Both the position numbers and the translations under genes were made by a program. The notes below the pieces were generated by a model, which ran no database searches, was not told where the DNA came from, and worked only from the letters and a program-made list of their open reading frames with translations. DNA of 61,661 nucleotides, the filler included, from Chiloscyllium plagiosum (taxonomy: Eukaryota): assembly GCF_004010195.1 (NCBI RefSeq). It is 5 parts of one record of this genome, joined end to end, with 100 filler letters (N's around TTAATTAATTAA, not from the genome) between each part and the next. Parts side by side here need not be neighbours in the genome. Positions count along the whole stretch, not along the records: positions 11,302 to 18,579 come from NC_057712.1; positions 18,680 to 40,128 come from NC_057712.1; 3 more parts are not named here. One strand, written 5' to 3'. Positions 13,016 through 25,689 of the stretch are shown piece by piece; positions within the stretch are counted from its first letter, which is position 1, and each line of letters opens with the position of its first letter.

Positions 13016-14705
13016 CCTGCTGAAATCCATTTTAGGGCTATTGTTCTTCACTATGTTTAACAACCTGGCTGAAGGTGTCAGGGAACTGTCCACAAGTTGA
13101 TGCACAATGATCCAAGAAATGCAAATATATAAGATTGTTTGGTGAAAAACAGTATTTTCTAGACACTTTTGGATATGTAGAGGAATAGTTTGTATCAAGG
13201 GAATGTATTAAGGTGTGAACCTAAATAATATTTTGATTGCTTCTTCAAAGAGTTGATCATTTGGTCTTTTCAGTCCTTCCCTTTAAGTTACCATTACAGG
13301 TCTACACCAGTCTATTCTGGTCAAATATCCTGCCACCCAAACGGTAATGTGCCCAGAAGGAATGATTAATATTGATATATCTGGTATTCCATCCACAAAA
13401 AATGGATCGGGCCTACCACTAACGTCATTACTCTTGCATCCTATGCCACCTTCCCCTGCCCATCGAATGAACACCAGTTATAGAAAATGAAATCCACATC
13501 TACAGGAGAGTCTGGGGAAAAAAAAAGCTGGTTTGGATGATTACATGAACCAAATAAATAATCTGATGATCATATTGCCAATTACCCAGTTACATGACCT
13601 CTATAATACTGGGAAATAGGAGAAACTGGATAATTGATTAACATTATCTTACTTTTAATAAAGGATTAATTACATGTCAGGACTAAAACATAAATTTGCT
13701 ATTTTGATTCATTTTAAATTCAGAAAAAAAGTCAATGATAGAAATAAAAGAAAGATTTCCAGGAAATTAAACAACACACAGAGAAATTGGCAGTGCTATA
13801 AGTTTTCACTTGTCTTTGCTTATGGTCAAAATTTATGGTAACAAGGGAGCTTTGTTGTTAACTTTGCAGAAGCAGCAGTATGAGTTATTATGTATTAACC
13901 ACGAATAGTTTTCTGGAAGCAAACAGATAAAATAAATCAACTAGACTTGGAAAAAAAGTGTACTTCCATTAGTATTTCAACATTATTATTCTGGCAGAGG
14001 CAATCCACATCACCATCTTCTGATGCTCTGGATGGTTTTATGGTACCCAATGGATCCATATATGTACCTTTTCAATGCTTAATCAAATTGTCCTTGAGAG
14101 CCAACAGTGACTAATATAAAACATCTGTTATTGAGGTTTGTAATGATAATCAAAATTATTAATTTGAAGGCAAATGTTGCACAAATAACATGACAAGAAT
14201 ATTATTATTTCTCTATTAAAGGCAATTTATGAGATTGATTTGATATATGAAAAAAATATTAGTTATCTGTACTTCATAGAAATTGACTTTACTTTCTGAA
14301 TTGATTGCACATATTGGAATGCTGCATCAAAAATGTGTAATATAGTACTTCTTTGTAATTTGTATTTAGTACACGACTGTAAACTTTGAAATAAAACTAT
14401 AGTCAGATTGAGAAATGAAGAACATGTCTTGAGAAGCTTGATTTTATAAACTGCTGTACAGATGGTAGAACAGTGCAACTTGACGCTAGTCCTTGCTGAC
14501 ACTGCTGACACAAAAAATTGTTTAGAGATAGTAAGAAAACAGTATGCACTGACTCTGATTTTCCCGGTTTCCCTAAATGAATTTACATTTATTCTGTACA
14601 GCTTCTCCCCAAACAGATAAGATCAAGAACTCATCCTGTGCAAAATATCCAAGAATACTCAGATCGTATTACAGATTACTGGTTGAGCCAGTTTCAAATT
14701 AGCAA

Positions 14706-15032
14706 AAAGAAATTAAGGCTTGCATTCACATAGTGTCTTTCAGAACCACATGATGCCCCAGAGCATTTTACAATCAAAGAGTGTTTTAATGTGCTCTGTT
14801 AAGTGTAGTCACTGTTACAATATAGGAGATAACAGCCTATTTGCAAATAGCAAACTTCCACTATAGCCAGCAATATGATAATGAAAATTTGTCTTTGCAA
14901 TTTTAATTGAGATATAAATATTCGTTGCAAAGTCAGGAATAACTCTCCTGCTTTTCTTCAAAGGTTTGCCATGGGATTCTTTACCTGAGAAGGCAGATAT
15001 GCCACAAGTTGACACTTCACCCAAACAGCTCA
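14706..15032 (-). mobile_element. DeuSINE, degraded
   Basis: Reverse complement has aagaatcccatggcaaacctttgaagaaaagcaggagagttattcctgac and a tail ending gaatgcaagcc. Confidence 0.7.
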
Positions 15033-16492
15033 TAAACTCAGACTGAAAGGCTTAAAAAAAGGCAGAAAAGGAGGCCATTTGGCCTGTCATGTTCACACCA
15101 GTCAACAAAGATCTACAGCACTAATCATATTTTCTAGTTGTTGGCCAATAGCCCTGAAAGCTGTTGGTAATGAAAGTGAATATCTAAATACTACTTAGAT
15201 ATTACAAGAGTTTCTGAATCAGCCACTCTTCCTGGCATTTAGTTCCAGACTTCCAATATCATCTGGGTGAAAAACTTTCTTCTCAACTTTTCTCTTAGCC
15301 TTCAACCTCTTATCTTAAATCTATTTCCTCAGTTATTAGCACTTCTATTAATGATAAAAGTGTCTTCCTATCAACCATATTTACGCCCCCAGGGACCCAA
15401 GACTGAGCCATGCAGAATTTCACTGAAAGTATACTTCCAGTTACAGAAACATTGCTTTACCACTTCTTGCTTCTCAGACAGTTTGGATCCAATGTGTTAC
15501 TTTGTCCTGGATCCTATGGGCTCCTACTTTCTTGATAAATCTGCTATGAGGGGCCTTATCAAAAGCCTTGAGAAAGTCCATGTAGACTATAATACAATCC
15601 TGGTTACCTCCTGAAAAGATTCAATCATTTTTTTCTCTCTGAATGCAGATATATTCTGCCCCTCAGAATGCCTTCGAGAAACTTCCCCACTACCAAAGTT
15701 AGACTGACTGACCTCTCAGCCTTTTGTTTGTCGTGGGTCAATGTTAACCATTTTCCAGTCCTCTGGCACATTATTAGCAGCTTTAGGGTCCTTAATTCCT
15801 GTACTTTGCCTCCCTTATCAGCCATGGATACATCTCATCCAGGCCTGCACATTTATCCATTTTTAAGGCTGATAAACCCACTAGCACCTCCCCACTCTCC
15901 ATGTTAATTTCTTCTAATATTTCACAGTCCTCTATGCTGAAATCTATATTTGTGTCATCCTTAAACACTGTGAAGACCAGTTACAGACTATACCCATGTC
16001 TTCCAGGTCCATACACAGATTGTCTCTATGGTCCCTAATAGACTCTACTCTTTCCCTGATTATTATCTTGTTTTTTATATTTGGCTTACCTTTATTCCAT
16101 CCAATGCTTTCTCATGAGCTCACTCAGCTTTCCTAATTTTCTTCTTTATGTTTTCTCCTCATATGTTCTTCTCCTCTAAGGACTCTGCTGTATTGAACTC
16201 TTAATATCTGCCAAAATCATCTTTTTCCTCAATTTTAACATTAATGTCCCATGATAACCAGGTTCTCTTCTCTTGGTCCCACACTTTTTTCCTCATGGGA
16301 ACACATTTGCCTTGTAGCGTTGCTATTTCCTACTTGAATGCTTTGGCATAGCTTTATCAGTAATTACCTGCTTGCAGTCCACTTGGATCAAATTGTATCT
16401 TATTTCAGTAAAACTAGCCTTTCCCCAGTTTGGAACATTTATTCCCAGCTCACGTTTATCCATTTTCATAACAATCTTAAATCTAGCTAATA

Positions 16493-16710
16493 CAGGTCAT
16501 TCTGCTTTAACGCACATTTCATCAGTACAAATTGGTTATAACATGATTGACAAATTATGGAAGTTGTTTGGATAACGCAAACTTTCTGCTAAACGGGTAT
16601 AGTGATTTTCTATCATCAATCTTCTACAGCGCAATTTCCTGTAGCGGTTTTCCATAGCACGATTTTCTACAGAAGGGAACACAACTATCACACTATAACA
16701 GAACGGCCTG
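16493..16710. mobile_element. Tigger/pogo-like MITE inserted in the CR1
   Basis: Left end ta|caggtcattctgctttaacgc against the reverse-complemented right end caggccgttctgttatagtg; about 220 bp. Confidence 0.7.
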
Positions 16711-16728
16711 AATCTCCAAATACTCCCC

Positions 16729-16746
16729 TACACACACACACACACA
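16729..16746. repeat. (CA)n microsatellite
   Basis: Run of cacacacaca directly visible. Confidence 0.9.
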
Positions 16747-17859
16747 CCATCCACCTGTCTGAGCTCATTTCCAAATATGAAATCCAAAACTGCCCCTCCT
16801 TTCGTTGGCCTTTCTACACACTGGCTTAAAACTTTCTCCTGGATGGAATTTAAGAATTTTGCTGCCTCTCTACCTTTCACACGAAAACCATCCCATTTAA
16901 TATTTGTGCTTAAATTTTTCTCTAATTACTGCTCTATTATTCTCATGCTTCTCCAAAATTTGATGACATATTTGATTCTCTATCTCTCCCTGACTGTGCA
17001 GCAACATTAGGTACATATCCAAAAGTGTGTTTGCCCTTTATTATGTTTTTTACTTCCAGCCATATGGCCTAATGTCATCATCCTGCCAAGATATCATCCC
17101 TCTTCAATGCTATACTTGATTCCTTGATCTATACTCCAACCCCTGCTACACTGCTTTGCTTCTATTCCACTGTCGATGCCACACTCTCTCAGTGCTGGGC
17201 AAAAGCTTTTTATGCTCAAATTCTGACAAGGGTGTGGTGCTTAGAATTGTACTCAGTACTCCAGAAAACAGTGCTGTAAAATATTCATTGTTTCAGTTGT
17301 TTGTAACTTTATATACTGCACTTGATGTGAAAAGTCTGGCTCAGAAATAATAAAATAAAACAACATTTGCGTTGAATTACCACGTGTTGGAGTTATCATG
17401 CCTCAGAGCGCGCACACATATAAAACTAAAGACAGGGAACCCATCACCCTGAAGCAGAAGTAATGAGTTTTACTTCATGATTCTTCTCATTTCTGAGTGT
17501 AATTCAATCTGATTGAGATTAATTTTACTTTTGATGCTTGGTGTATATTTGTATGTATTATCTTCAAAGCAAACGATTGTTGCGGTAAAGGTATTTACAG
17601 AAAACAACTTTTTCAAAGACTGAGGCTTGTAAATTGTTACAATCCCAGCTGATTGTGATATTGAGCAAGTCAGATTCCAGAGTCAAACCTGGCTTGATAG
17701 GTCATAAGTTTTTGTTTTGCAGTTTGGTTGGAAAGATGCTCAGTCAATGAACATATTCAGTTGAGATTACCAGTGTGCTTTTAAGAGTACATGTTTATTA
17801 CAAGCAAAGAAAACAGTTATGTATATGACAATTTGAAAGTTAACAACTAAGTGAACTGC

Positions 17860-18300
17860 AGGCACAGATTCAAATGAAAAATTATAGTAAACATTACGAA
17901 GACATGGCTGCAGGATGTTCAGGACTGGGAACAAAATATATCCAGGTTATAAGTTTTACGGAAGGGATAGAGAAAATAGTAGAGGGGGGTGGAGCAGCAT
18001 TGATGATTAGAAACAGAATCATTGCTATGTTGTGGGAGGATGTAATGAGGTGAAAGTGCCCAATGGGAACCTTATGGGTAGAATTGAAGAATTATAAAAG
18101 AACTAAAACCCGAATAGTTGTCATAGGTAGATGAACTAGTAGCAACTCAGAAACACGCGACAGTATAAATGCTAAAATAAGGAAACTATGTAGCAAAGGC
18201 AGAGTAGTATTAATAGGGGGATTTTAATCTTTACATGGACTGGGAGAGACAGAGAAGCAACTGCTAGAAAGGTTGTGAATTTCTGGAGTAATTACCCATG
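17860..18300 (+). mobile_element. CR1 endonuclease-domain fragment
   Basis: Degenerate TWL..., IPGY...RKDRE..RGGGAAL and GDFN motifs. Confidence 0.75.
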
Positions 18301-18365
18301 GCAATATGCTGAAAATGTGTTGCTGGAAAAGCACAGCAGGTCAGGCAGCATCCAAGGAACAGGAG

Positions 18366-18401
18366 AATCGACGTTTCGGGCATAAGCCCTTCTTCAGGAA
18401 T
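18366..18401 (-). ncRNA. Minimal type I hammerhead ribozyme motif (Penelope pLTR)
   Basis: Minus strand AUUC-CUGAAGA-A-GGGC UUAU GCCC-GAAA-C-GUC-GAUU: intact core and stem II, palindromic ACGU stem III, one stem I mismatch. Confidence 0.75.
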
Positions 18402-18579
18402 GAGGAAAGTGTGTCCAGCAGGCTAAGATAAAAGGTAGGGAGGAGGGACTTGGGGGAGGGGCATCGGAAATGCGATAGGTGGAAAGAGCTCAAGGTGAGG
18501 GTGATAGGTCAGACTGGGGTGGGGGGGGAGAGGTCAGGAAGAAGATTGCAGGTTAGGAAGGCGGTGCTGAGTTCGAGGG

Positions 18580-18679
18580 NNNNNNNNNNNNNNNNNNNNN
18601 NNNNNNNNNNNNNNNNNNNNNNNTTAATTAATTAANNNNNNNNNNNNNNNNNNNNNNNNNNNNNNNNNNNNNNNNNNNN
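18580..18679. other. Assembly gap with TTAATTAATTAA linker
   Basis: 100-bp N/linker/N block. Confidence 0.98.
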
Positions 18680-18864
18680 TGCTGGTTTGATAGTGAGGTT
18701 GGGGTTGGAACGGAGGGAGTGGGGGGCTGCACGTTCCGAGGGTGAGAGGTTGGAGTGGGTGAGAGGGGTGGAGAAGTTGAGGCAGTTAATGTCGCGGCGA
18801 CAGTTGGCTATGAAGAGATTGAGGGCGGGTAAGAGGCCAGCACGGGGTGTCCAGGTGGATGGGA

Positions 18865-19195
18865 CAGGAAAGAAAAAGGTAAACTATTTCACTGGTTGAA
18901 ATTGTAAAACCAGGAGGCATAGTTTAAGCATTAGGGCCAGGTCATTCAGGAGATACATAAGGAAGCACGTCTACACTCAGAGTGTAGTGGAATTTTGGAA
19001 CTCTCGTCCTCAAATGATGGCTGATGCTAACTAAATTGTCAAGTTTAAACCTGCAATTGGGAATTTCTTTATTAAGCCAGAGTATCAAGGAATATGGGCC
19101 CAGGGCAGGCATATAGAGTTAGGCCACAGATCAGCCATGATCTTATTGAATTGAGGGGCTGGATGGTTTATTCCTGTTCCTATGTGTTATGTTCT
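18865..19195 (+). mobile_element. CR1 3' end
   Basis: KTRRHSL-like coding end followed by the cagatcagccatgatcttattgaa...tcctgttcctatgt tail. Confidence 0.75.
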
Positions 19196-19569
19196 TGAAA
19201 GATTTTGTTTTAAACTGCAAAAAAAAATTAGTCCTTTATCCCAGCAACCTCCTTCACAGACACTCATCAGTATTGCCTCAACTGATTCAACTTAATTAGT
19301 TACTCAGCTGCTGAGGTTTCAAGCATTTCCTTTTGTGACTTCCTGCAAATCCATGTGATCCTTTTCATTACTGTCTCTTCTTGAGATTCACAGACACCAG
19401 CCAATTCACTTATATTTCCTAACTTAGCTTTAAGAAAAGTTCAGTCTACTTGATCTACCAAACAGGTGAAGACTTCTTTCTAGCTCTAATAGTCTGGAAA
19501 CTGCCACAAATTAAGTTACCCTTCTGCTGATTAAAAATCATTTTCATCTCCATTGAAACCTGTCTTTTT

Positions 19570-20270
19570 AAAAAATTCATTGAGGGGTGAGCTTCACTGG
19601 CTGGGCCAGCATTTATTGACTTAAAGGTAAGGCTGAGCCACCTTGTGAACTGCTCCAGCCTACTTGGTGTAGATGGACCCACAATGCCAATAGGGAGGGA
19701 ATTACAGCATTTTAATTCAACAACAGTGAAGAAATAGTGACATATTTCAAGTCAGAATGGCAATTGGTTTGGAGAGGAACTTGCAGGTGATAATGTTCCA
19801 TGTATCTGCTGTCCTTGTTCTTCCAGATAGCAGTGGCTGTGAGTTTAGAAGGATATTTTTGGTGAGTTTCTGCAGTACAACTTGTATTGCTGCTTCTGAA
19901 GTGAAGGGAGTGAATGCTTGTGAATGTTGTACCAATCAAGCAGACTGCTTTGTCCTGGATGGTGTTAAGTTTCCTGTGTATTATTGGAGATGCACACATC
20001 TAGGCAAGTGGGACGTATTCTATCACAAACTTAGCTTGCATCTTGTATTTGGTGGATGCATTATGGACAGGCAGGAGGTGAATTTCTTTCTACAGGATTC
20101 CTCACCAGCTCTTGTAGCCACAGTATTTATATGGCTTGTCTAAATTTCTGGTCATTAGTAATCCTGGGATGTTGATAGTGGGATATTCAACAATTTCAAT
20201 ACTATTGAACATGAAGAGGTGATGGTTAGATTCTCTCTTGCTACAGATGGTCATTTGGTGCAATTGTGAG
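19570..20270 (-). mobile_element. LINE 3' fragment (CR1/L2-like)
   Basis: The minus-strand ORF has LNTIQDKAVCLIGT..IHSLH; tail aataaatgctggcccagccagtgaagctcac. Confidence 0.75.
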
Positions 20271-21379
20271 CTCTGACTGCCTGTTCTTCTGTCGGTCATA
20301 AAACTCAATTCAGTAACCACGCTTCAGCCAATTAGCTCCCAGGCGAGCGATTTAACTCTAAGTCCAAGGATTTCTTGTTTGAAAATGGTTATTTTGAACT
20401 CATTGTTCAAAAATGACTTTCTGGCCTCTTCCAAAACAAAATCAAGTCACTTTCACAGAACAAAAAACTGAAACCAACTTACCTCTACTTTAGATTGCAA
20501 ATCCCCAAATGCTAATGATATAATGTAAACCTCTGTCATAGAAAAAAGATACAAAGAACACCAGGAATAGGTTACATAGCACGGAAGAAGAAACAAAAAA
20601 AAACAGAAGCAGCCTAGCAGGAAAAGAAAGGAATTATGTAAGGGAAGCAAAAAGACAAGATTAGGAGAAAGAGGATTATCAAAAACACAGCAATACGTGA
20701 AACATGGATGGAAAGGAATGATAACAGAATTCTCATAAACTGGAATTCGAAAGGAGAGGATCTGTGGCAGAAAAGAGAGTAGCAGAAGCAGAATTAAAGC
20801 TGTACCTTTTAGATTTCTGCACCAAGCCGGAGATTTTACACGCTTGGCTTTTAATCCTTCAAAAACAGGAAATAGCCTTGCAAATTTAAAAGTGCAAATT
20901 GCAATTTCTATGCTGAACTTTACAAAAACATCTCTGCCTGATGAACAGCAAGCTCATAGGTCATACCAATTAGTAATGGGGTAGATCCGGTGTTCTTCTA
21001 GAGTGCTCTTTAGTTCTTGCTTTGCAGCTTGAATTTGCACTGCACATCAAAATTAACTTGAGGCATTATAGGACAGTAAGTTAATGTAGTCACCTTTGTA
21101 CACTTTTGCTATTTTGGCACAATTTACTCCTTCTTCAAGGTATTTTAAATCAATGTCAGGACACAAATCTTATGTTAATGCATATTCTAAAAATTCTTAA
21201 TTGCCTGTTAAGCAATAGTTAATATTGAAGATGCAAACTTGCTATTAATATAGTTCATCTCCATTTCATGATCATTTCCTCAGATAAAATTCTAAATCCG
21301 GTGGTGAGATGAAGCAATAAAGTTTTGCATTTTGCTATGAAAATTGAAAACTGACTATTCTTCAGTCAGTGACAGAAAA

Positions 21380-21545
21380 TGGCAATTTAAGATTTTGTAA
21401 AAATACAACTGGTTCACTGAAATCCCTATATGACACTCTTGGCCTACTACACATCATATGGTTGGCTCTTAATTTCTCAGGACAACTAAGGCTGAATAAT
21501 AAGTACAGTCTTGCCAATATTGTTCACATCCAGATATCACATTTT
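21380..21545 (+). mobile_element. Degraded SINE 3' part (same family as 57425 and 58010)
   Basis: caactggttcactgaaatccc...ggttggctcttaat...gtcttgccaatattgttcacatcc. Confidence 0.5.
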
Positions 21546-22317
21546 TAACAACCCCTTCCTGAGAACCACTGTCCTGTCCCACCACTAAGCTATCAACAGT
21601 CAGAGAATCCAGTCCATGAGCCACGGGATATCTATTAATAAAGGCTGCAGCTTAAGTCTCATGCCAGTTGCATGGCACTCCCTGAAGTGAAAGCTTCCAT
21701 TCATGACATGCACTTCACTGGTAATGTCTCAGCAGAAAGTGTGTGTTTTTTTAAAATCAACAGAAAGGATTATTGCTTATGCATTTAATATTCAGCTGTT
21801 CTGCAATGATGGCAATGTTTGTGCATGAGGCAGAAATGTAATACCTGCAGTGCCTACATGTTATAGAATACCACCATTAAAGAAGGCAATTACATGCTGG
21901 CTGAAGAGCAGCTACAGCAAGGAGCTCCTAAGGCAACAAGGAGCATCATAAATCCCCTGCAACACTTAGCAATATCATCCAAGGTCAACACATTATCCCA
22001 TTTGCAAGTTGAAGGATAAAAAAGCGCAACATGTTTTTTTATCCTTCATGTTCAAATAATCCATGTTATTGTTTGTTTACTTTCACGAATGGAAGAATGC
22101 CAATATGTCCATTTTTGTTTTCTGTCAAGTTATTGAACTGGATCTGGAGTGGGTTGAGGTGGAAACTGATGTGGGAAGCCATTCTGTCAGCTCCCCATAG
22201 CTCACCACCACTCTTCGAATTTTCTGCCAGAGCAAAAATGAGTGGTTACCACATTTTCCCATGGGTACGCTTATTCAAATTACATGACAGAAAAGCAACA
22301 GACAGTTTAATTCCAGC

Positions 22318-22710
22318 TATGACGTAATGGTAGCATTTTAATCTCTCATTTAGAAGATGATAAGCACAAAATCTGGGCACAAGACTAACAAAATACTGCA
22401 TTGTTGGAGGTGCTAACTTTTGGGTGTGAAATTAAGGAACTCCATGCCTTAGGTGGATATATAAACACCAAGGCGTTTGCCAAAGATGAGCAAAGGAGCT
22501 GTCCCTAGTGACCTAACAAATATTTATCCCTCAGTCAGCATCACAACAGGCAGATTGTATGATCACTACTAAATTGTTGTTTCTGGCAGCTAGCTCTGCA
22601 CAAATCAGTTACTATGTTTCTTGCCTTCCAGCAGTGACTATGCTTTGAAACACTTCATTGCTGTCAAGTGCCTTCAGAAATCCTGTATTGGTGATAGGTG
22701 CTGCATGAAT
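22318..22710 (+). mobile_element. DeuSINE, near full length but diverged
   Basis: actgcattgttggaggtgc...aatatttatccctcagtcagcatcac...cagcagtgactatgctttgaaacacttcattgctgtcaagtgc. Confidence 0.8.
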
Positions 22711-23399
22711 TGTCATGATCAGGCTGAAGTGGAACACTTGTTAATTCATGTCCCTTTTTTTAAAAAATGCTCGTGATCAGAAAATTCAAAGAACAGGGAC
22801 AGTGTCCTTTTTTGGTTTAACCTCCTGACCATGTGGTCAAGCAATTTTACAGCAGCAGACCTCCAGAGATATAATTTGAAATGAATTGTTTATTTTTAAA
22901 AGCATTAAATGACCTATGAAACACTAAATGCCACTTGAACACTCACACAAAGATTGTATATGGGTCTAACTGAGTGCCACAAACACCACTGTGATTATTT
23001 CATAAGGACTGGAGTGAAGAGTAACAAAGGATTTTGAAAGAGTTAGAAAAAAAGACCAGGTCATCTTATAAGTCTCTGTAATACTGTATACTACATCCTT
23101 ATACACCATATCTTACAATATGCAAGATCTGCATGGAAATGCAATAAACCATACTTTGTTTACAAGAGACATTCAAGTTAGATTGGAAGGTGCGCATCCT
23201 CATCTACATTTGATCACATGGGCCCTTTAAGAATTTATACTGAGAAGATACTGGCATGGTACAACATGGTGATCAGCCATTGGTGATCTGAATCAAATAA
23301 AATCTGAAGATGGATCTGTGTACTCATCATGAACAACACTGTGAAGATTATCAATGAAAATCTGATGAATCAGGAGAAGAAAACCTTGAGGCAACAGTC

Positions 23400-23580
23400 A
23401 ATATGGAGGAGTACTTCAAAGGATGACAGAAAACAGTTTGTACCTAATAAGAGATGCACTTGATACAGAAGGCATCTGCAGTTCCAAAGCAAAGGTACAG
23501 GCTTTCACTGTAAATTAGGTCACTTTCAGAAAATGTGTTCAAACAGCCACCGAGCCACAGAAGATCAAAAGACTGAAATA
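23400..23580 (+). pseudogene. Gypsy-like gag zinc-knuckle remnant
   Basis: The frame from about 23473 reads HLQFQSKGTGFHCKLGHFQKMCS, a degenerate CX2CX4HX4C. Confidence 0.4.
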
Positions 23581-23839
23581 TAACCGTCATAAAGTGCTAA
23601 ATGTGTAGAACAACCTCAGTAGAAGATAAACCCAATTTTTTTCTAAGGGAAATAGGTGAGTTAGATCTCACATTTTAGAAATCTAATAAGCATATCAATA
23701 GCTTTGTTGCCATAGTAGCCATCCTTCCAAAGCATCTTGACTATTGAACAGGTCTGCACCTGAGAGTTCCTCAATAAAAATTAATCATAGCTGTTGGCTC
23801 GGCACCTTGTACCTACCTGCAGTATTAGTTATACACTAA

Positions 23840-24975
23840 TGGACATTATCAAAATGAAAATCTTTCTGTTGGTGAATATGCAGGCCTGGCCTGCTAGTGA
23901 CTTAATGGTGACGTAATTGCAGTCAATGATATCCTGAATCATTTGCAAGCCTGCCAATGCCGTAAAACTTCTAGCTCTTTGAGACTGGTTCATTTAATCC
24001 AACTTATTAACTGAACACAAAGATATGCTGTAGGTTGGCTGACTCCACATAGGTCACCATAAGCAACTTCAAAGAAGCATTTGCAAAAAATTTCAAGGCT
24101 ACAGCCATCTTCAGAACCACTGGCATTGGCTGTTCCCTCACACAGTTCAAAGCTCCTTTCCCATCCAGCTGTTCACAAAGACATGTTCCTATGGATACGG
24201 AGAGCCTGAGTTTCCAACAGCAGTGTGCCTCAGACACTTGAAAGGGTAATTCAGATCCTGTAATTACATAATGCTTCCTGGACCATTTTTGAGGGTCCAC
24301 TATCCTGCTCTCTGCTGCCCCATCACCTTCTGTATTTGAGGCAACATTCAGCGTTTCCTTTGGGGATGCACATTCAATGCTGGCCTAAAGTCAGGTGGCT
24401 CAGGCACCAAGCTTCAGTCCTTCTTCCTCTCCTTGTTCTCCTTCTCTTCATCCTTCTTTTCTCACCGGGATTTATATCTCAGAGGCTCCATTATCCTCAA
24501 TCTCCTACAAACACACAGAATTATTTGCAGATGAAACAGCATTTAGACAAACGTGTCTGCAATTTCAGTCTTCAATCCTCACAAAAATGTACACAAATGA
24601 AAAACATCTACTCAGAACTATTTAAACCTATGAACAGGCAAAACTGCTGAGATTTATCATGGAGCCCAGATGCTGCATTTAAAAACAGAGCTGTCAACAT
24701 AATGATTAAAAAATTGAGTTCCTCGCCAGGCAGTCTCCAGATTTCCTTGTTGCACATTAGATGTTTATTTGAGTCTTTTGGGCTGTTAATGAGTTTACGA
24801 GTTCATTAATTGGCACTTTGAATATTGTTGGCGAGTTTCTGTCTTATAGGGCTGCTCACCAATCATGTTTCAGCATCCTAGCATGTTGATATTGGGAAGA
24901 CAATCCAACGTCATTGCACTGGCCATTTTGCCAGTGTGGGGAGCAAAGGTCCAGTGCTGGGTAATATTCTGCTCA
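23840..24975 (-). mobile_element. PIF/Harbinger transposon remnant with HARBI1-like transposase N-terminus
   Basis: 24007-24300 minus: SEAHCCWKLRLS...PMPVVLKMAVALKFFANAS, then after a frameshift GDLCGVSQPTA. Possible TIR gagcagaatattac at about 24961-24974 (reverse complement). Confidence 0.75.
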
Positions 24976-25689
24976 GTGAAGCAGTTCCTTTATGTAAGTA
25001 TAGAATCCACACAACGATGTCACCTGATGTCACCTGTAAATATCTTCAAATAAATATTTTGAACAGCTTTTCCACCAGTGTTCATTCTTTAAAATTACAG
25101 ATACATAATTCTCAGCATGAATAAATATAGTCCTGTAGATTTGTAGACACCACATTAAAAGCAATTCCTGGAGGTGAGATCTTTACAATTTTTAATGTAT
25201 TTTCTTAAGAGGATTTGGTTGAAATCTTATCTCAGCAACATGGCCTATGGCGAGATGTGGGCAAAAAGGAGTGACAAGTGTGATGAGGTCTATCTTGACT
25301 TTTTGATCAACTTGTTCCATCGCTAATGCTTTTCGTAAGTGATATGGTGAGATCCTTGCTAGGCAGCAACGAGATGTCAAATGATGGGGATTATTACTTT
25401 TAAATTCCTTGTTAATGCCACAACCCATCTCATTTATAATATCTGGCAATTATCATTGTAATGCTGCAACATTACATAGACTGGACTAAGCTGCATCTCC
25501 GTATTCTTCACTTGCTCTCATAGCAACCTCCTACTCTGAGCCTGTCTTGACACTCACAGGATCCATGCTTTGCCTTGCCTTGCATGTTTGCACTTTGTCC
25601 CCTCAGTGAGACATACAAGGCTTATATTATTGTTGTCCTGCCTTATGTTTAGAGCAGACACAAATAACTCAAGCTTTTCCTGGTTGTCA

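Larger units (their letters stand above)
15055..17150 (-). mobile_element. Old CR1 LINE fragments (EN, RT and tail)
   Basis: Minus-strand ORFs with VSLTLVVGKFLEGILRGRIY and a YMDFLKAFDK-like segment. Confidence 0.75.
18305..18862 (-). mobile_element. Penelope-like (Neptune-type) retroelement spanning an assembly gap: pLTR with hammerhead plus RT N-terminus
   Basis: 18680-18862 on the minus strand translates PSTWTPRAGLLPALNLFIANCRRDINCLNFSTPLTHSNLSPSERAAPHSLRSNPNLTIKPA, the NLS..E...L....IKPADKG lead-in of PLE RT. 18305-18579 is the family A terminal repeat. Confidence 0.88.

Noticed and set aside
13300..13343. 44-nt AG..GT segment (VYTSLFWSNILPPKR) with the right phases for exon 4
   Set aside because: About one third of the expected length, with no real similarity.
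21850..21950. W...KELLRQQ resembling CEP85L exon 4 KEGLLRQK
   Set aside because: An in-frame stop follows and there is no phase-2 donor; likely chance.
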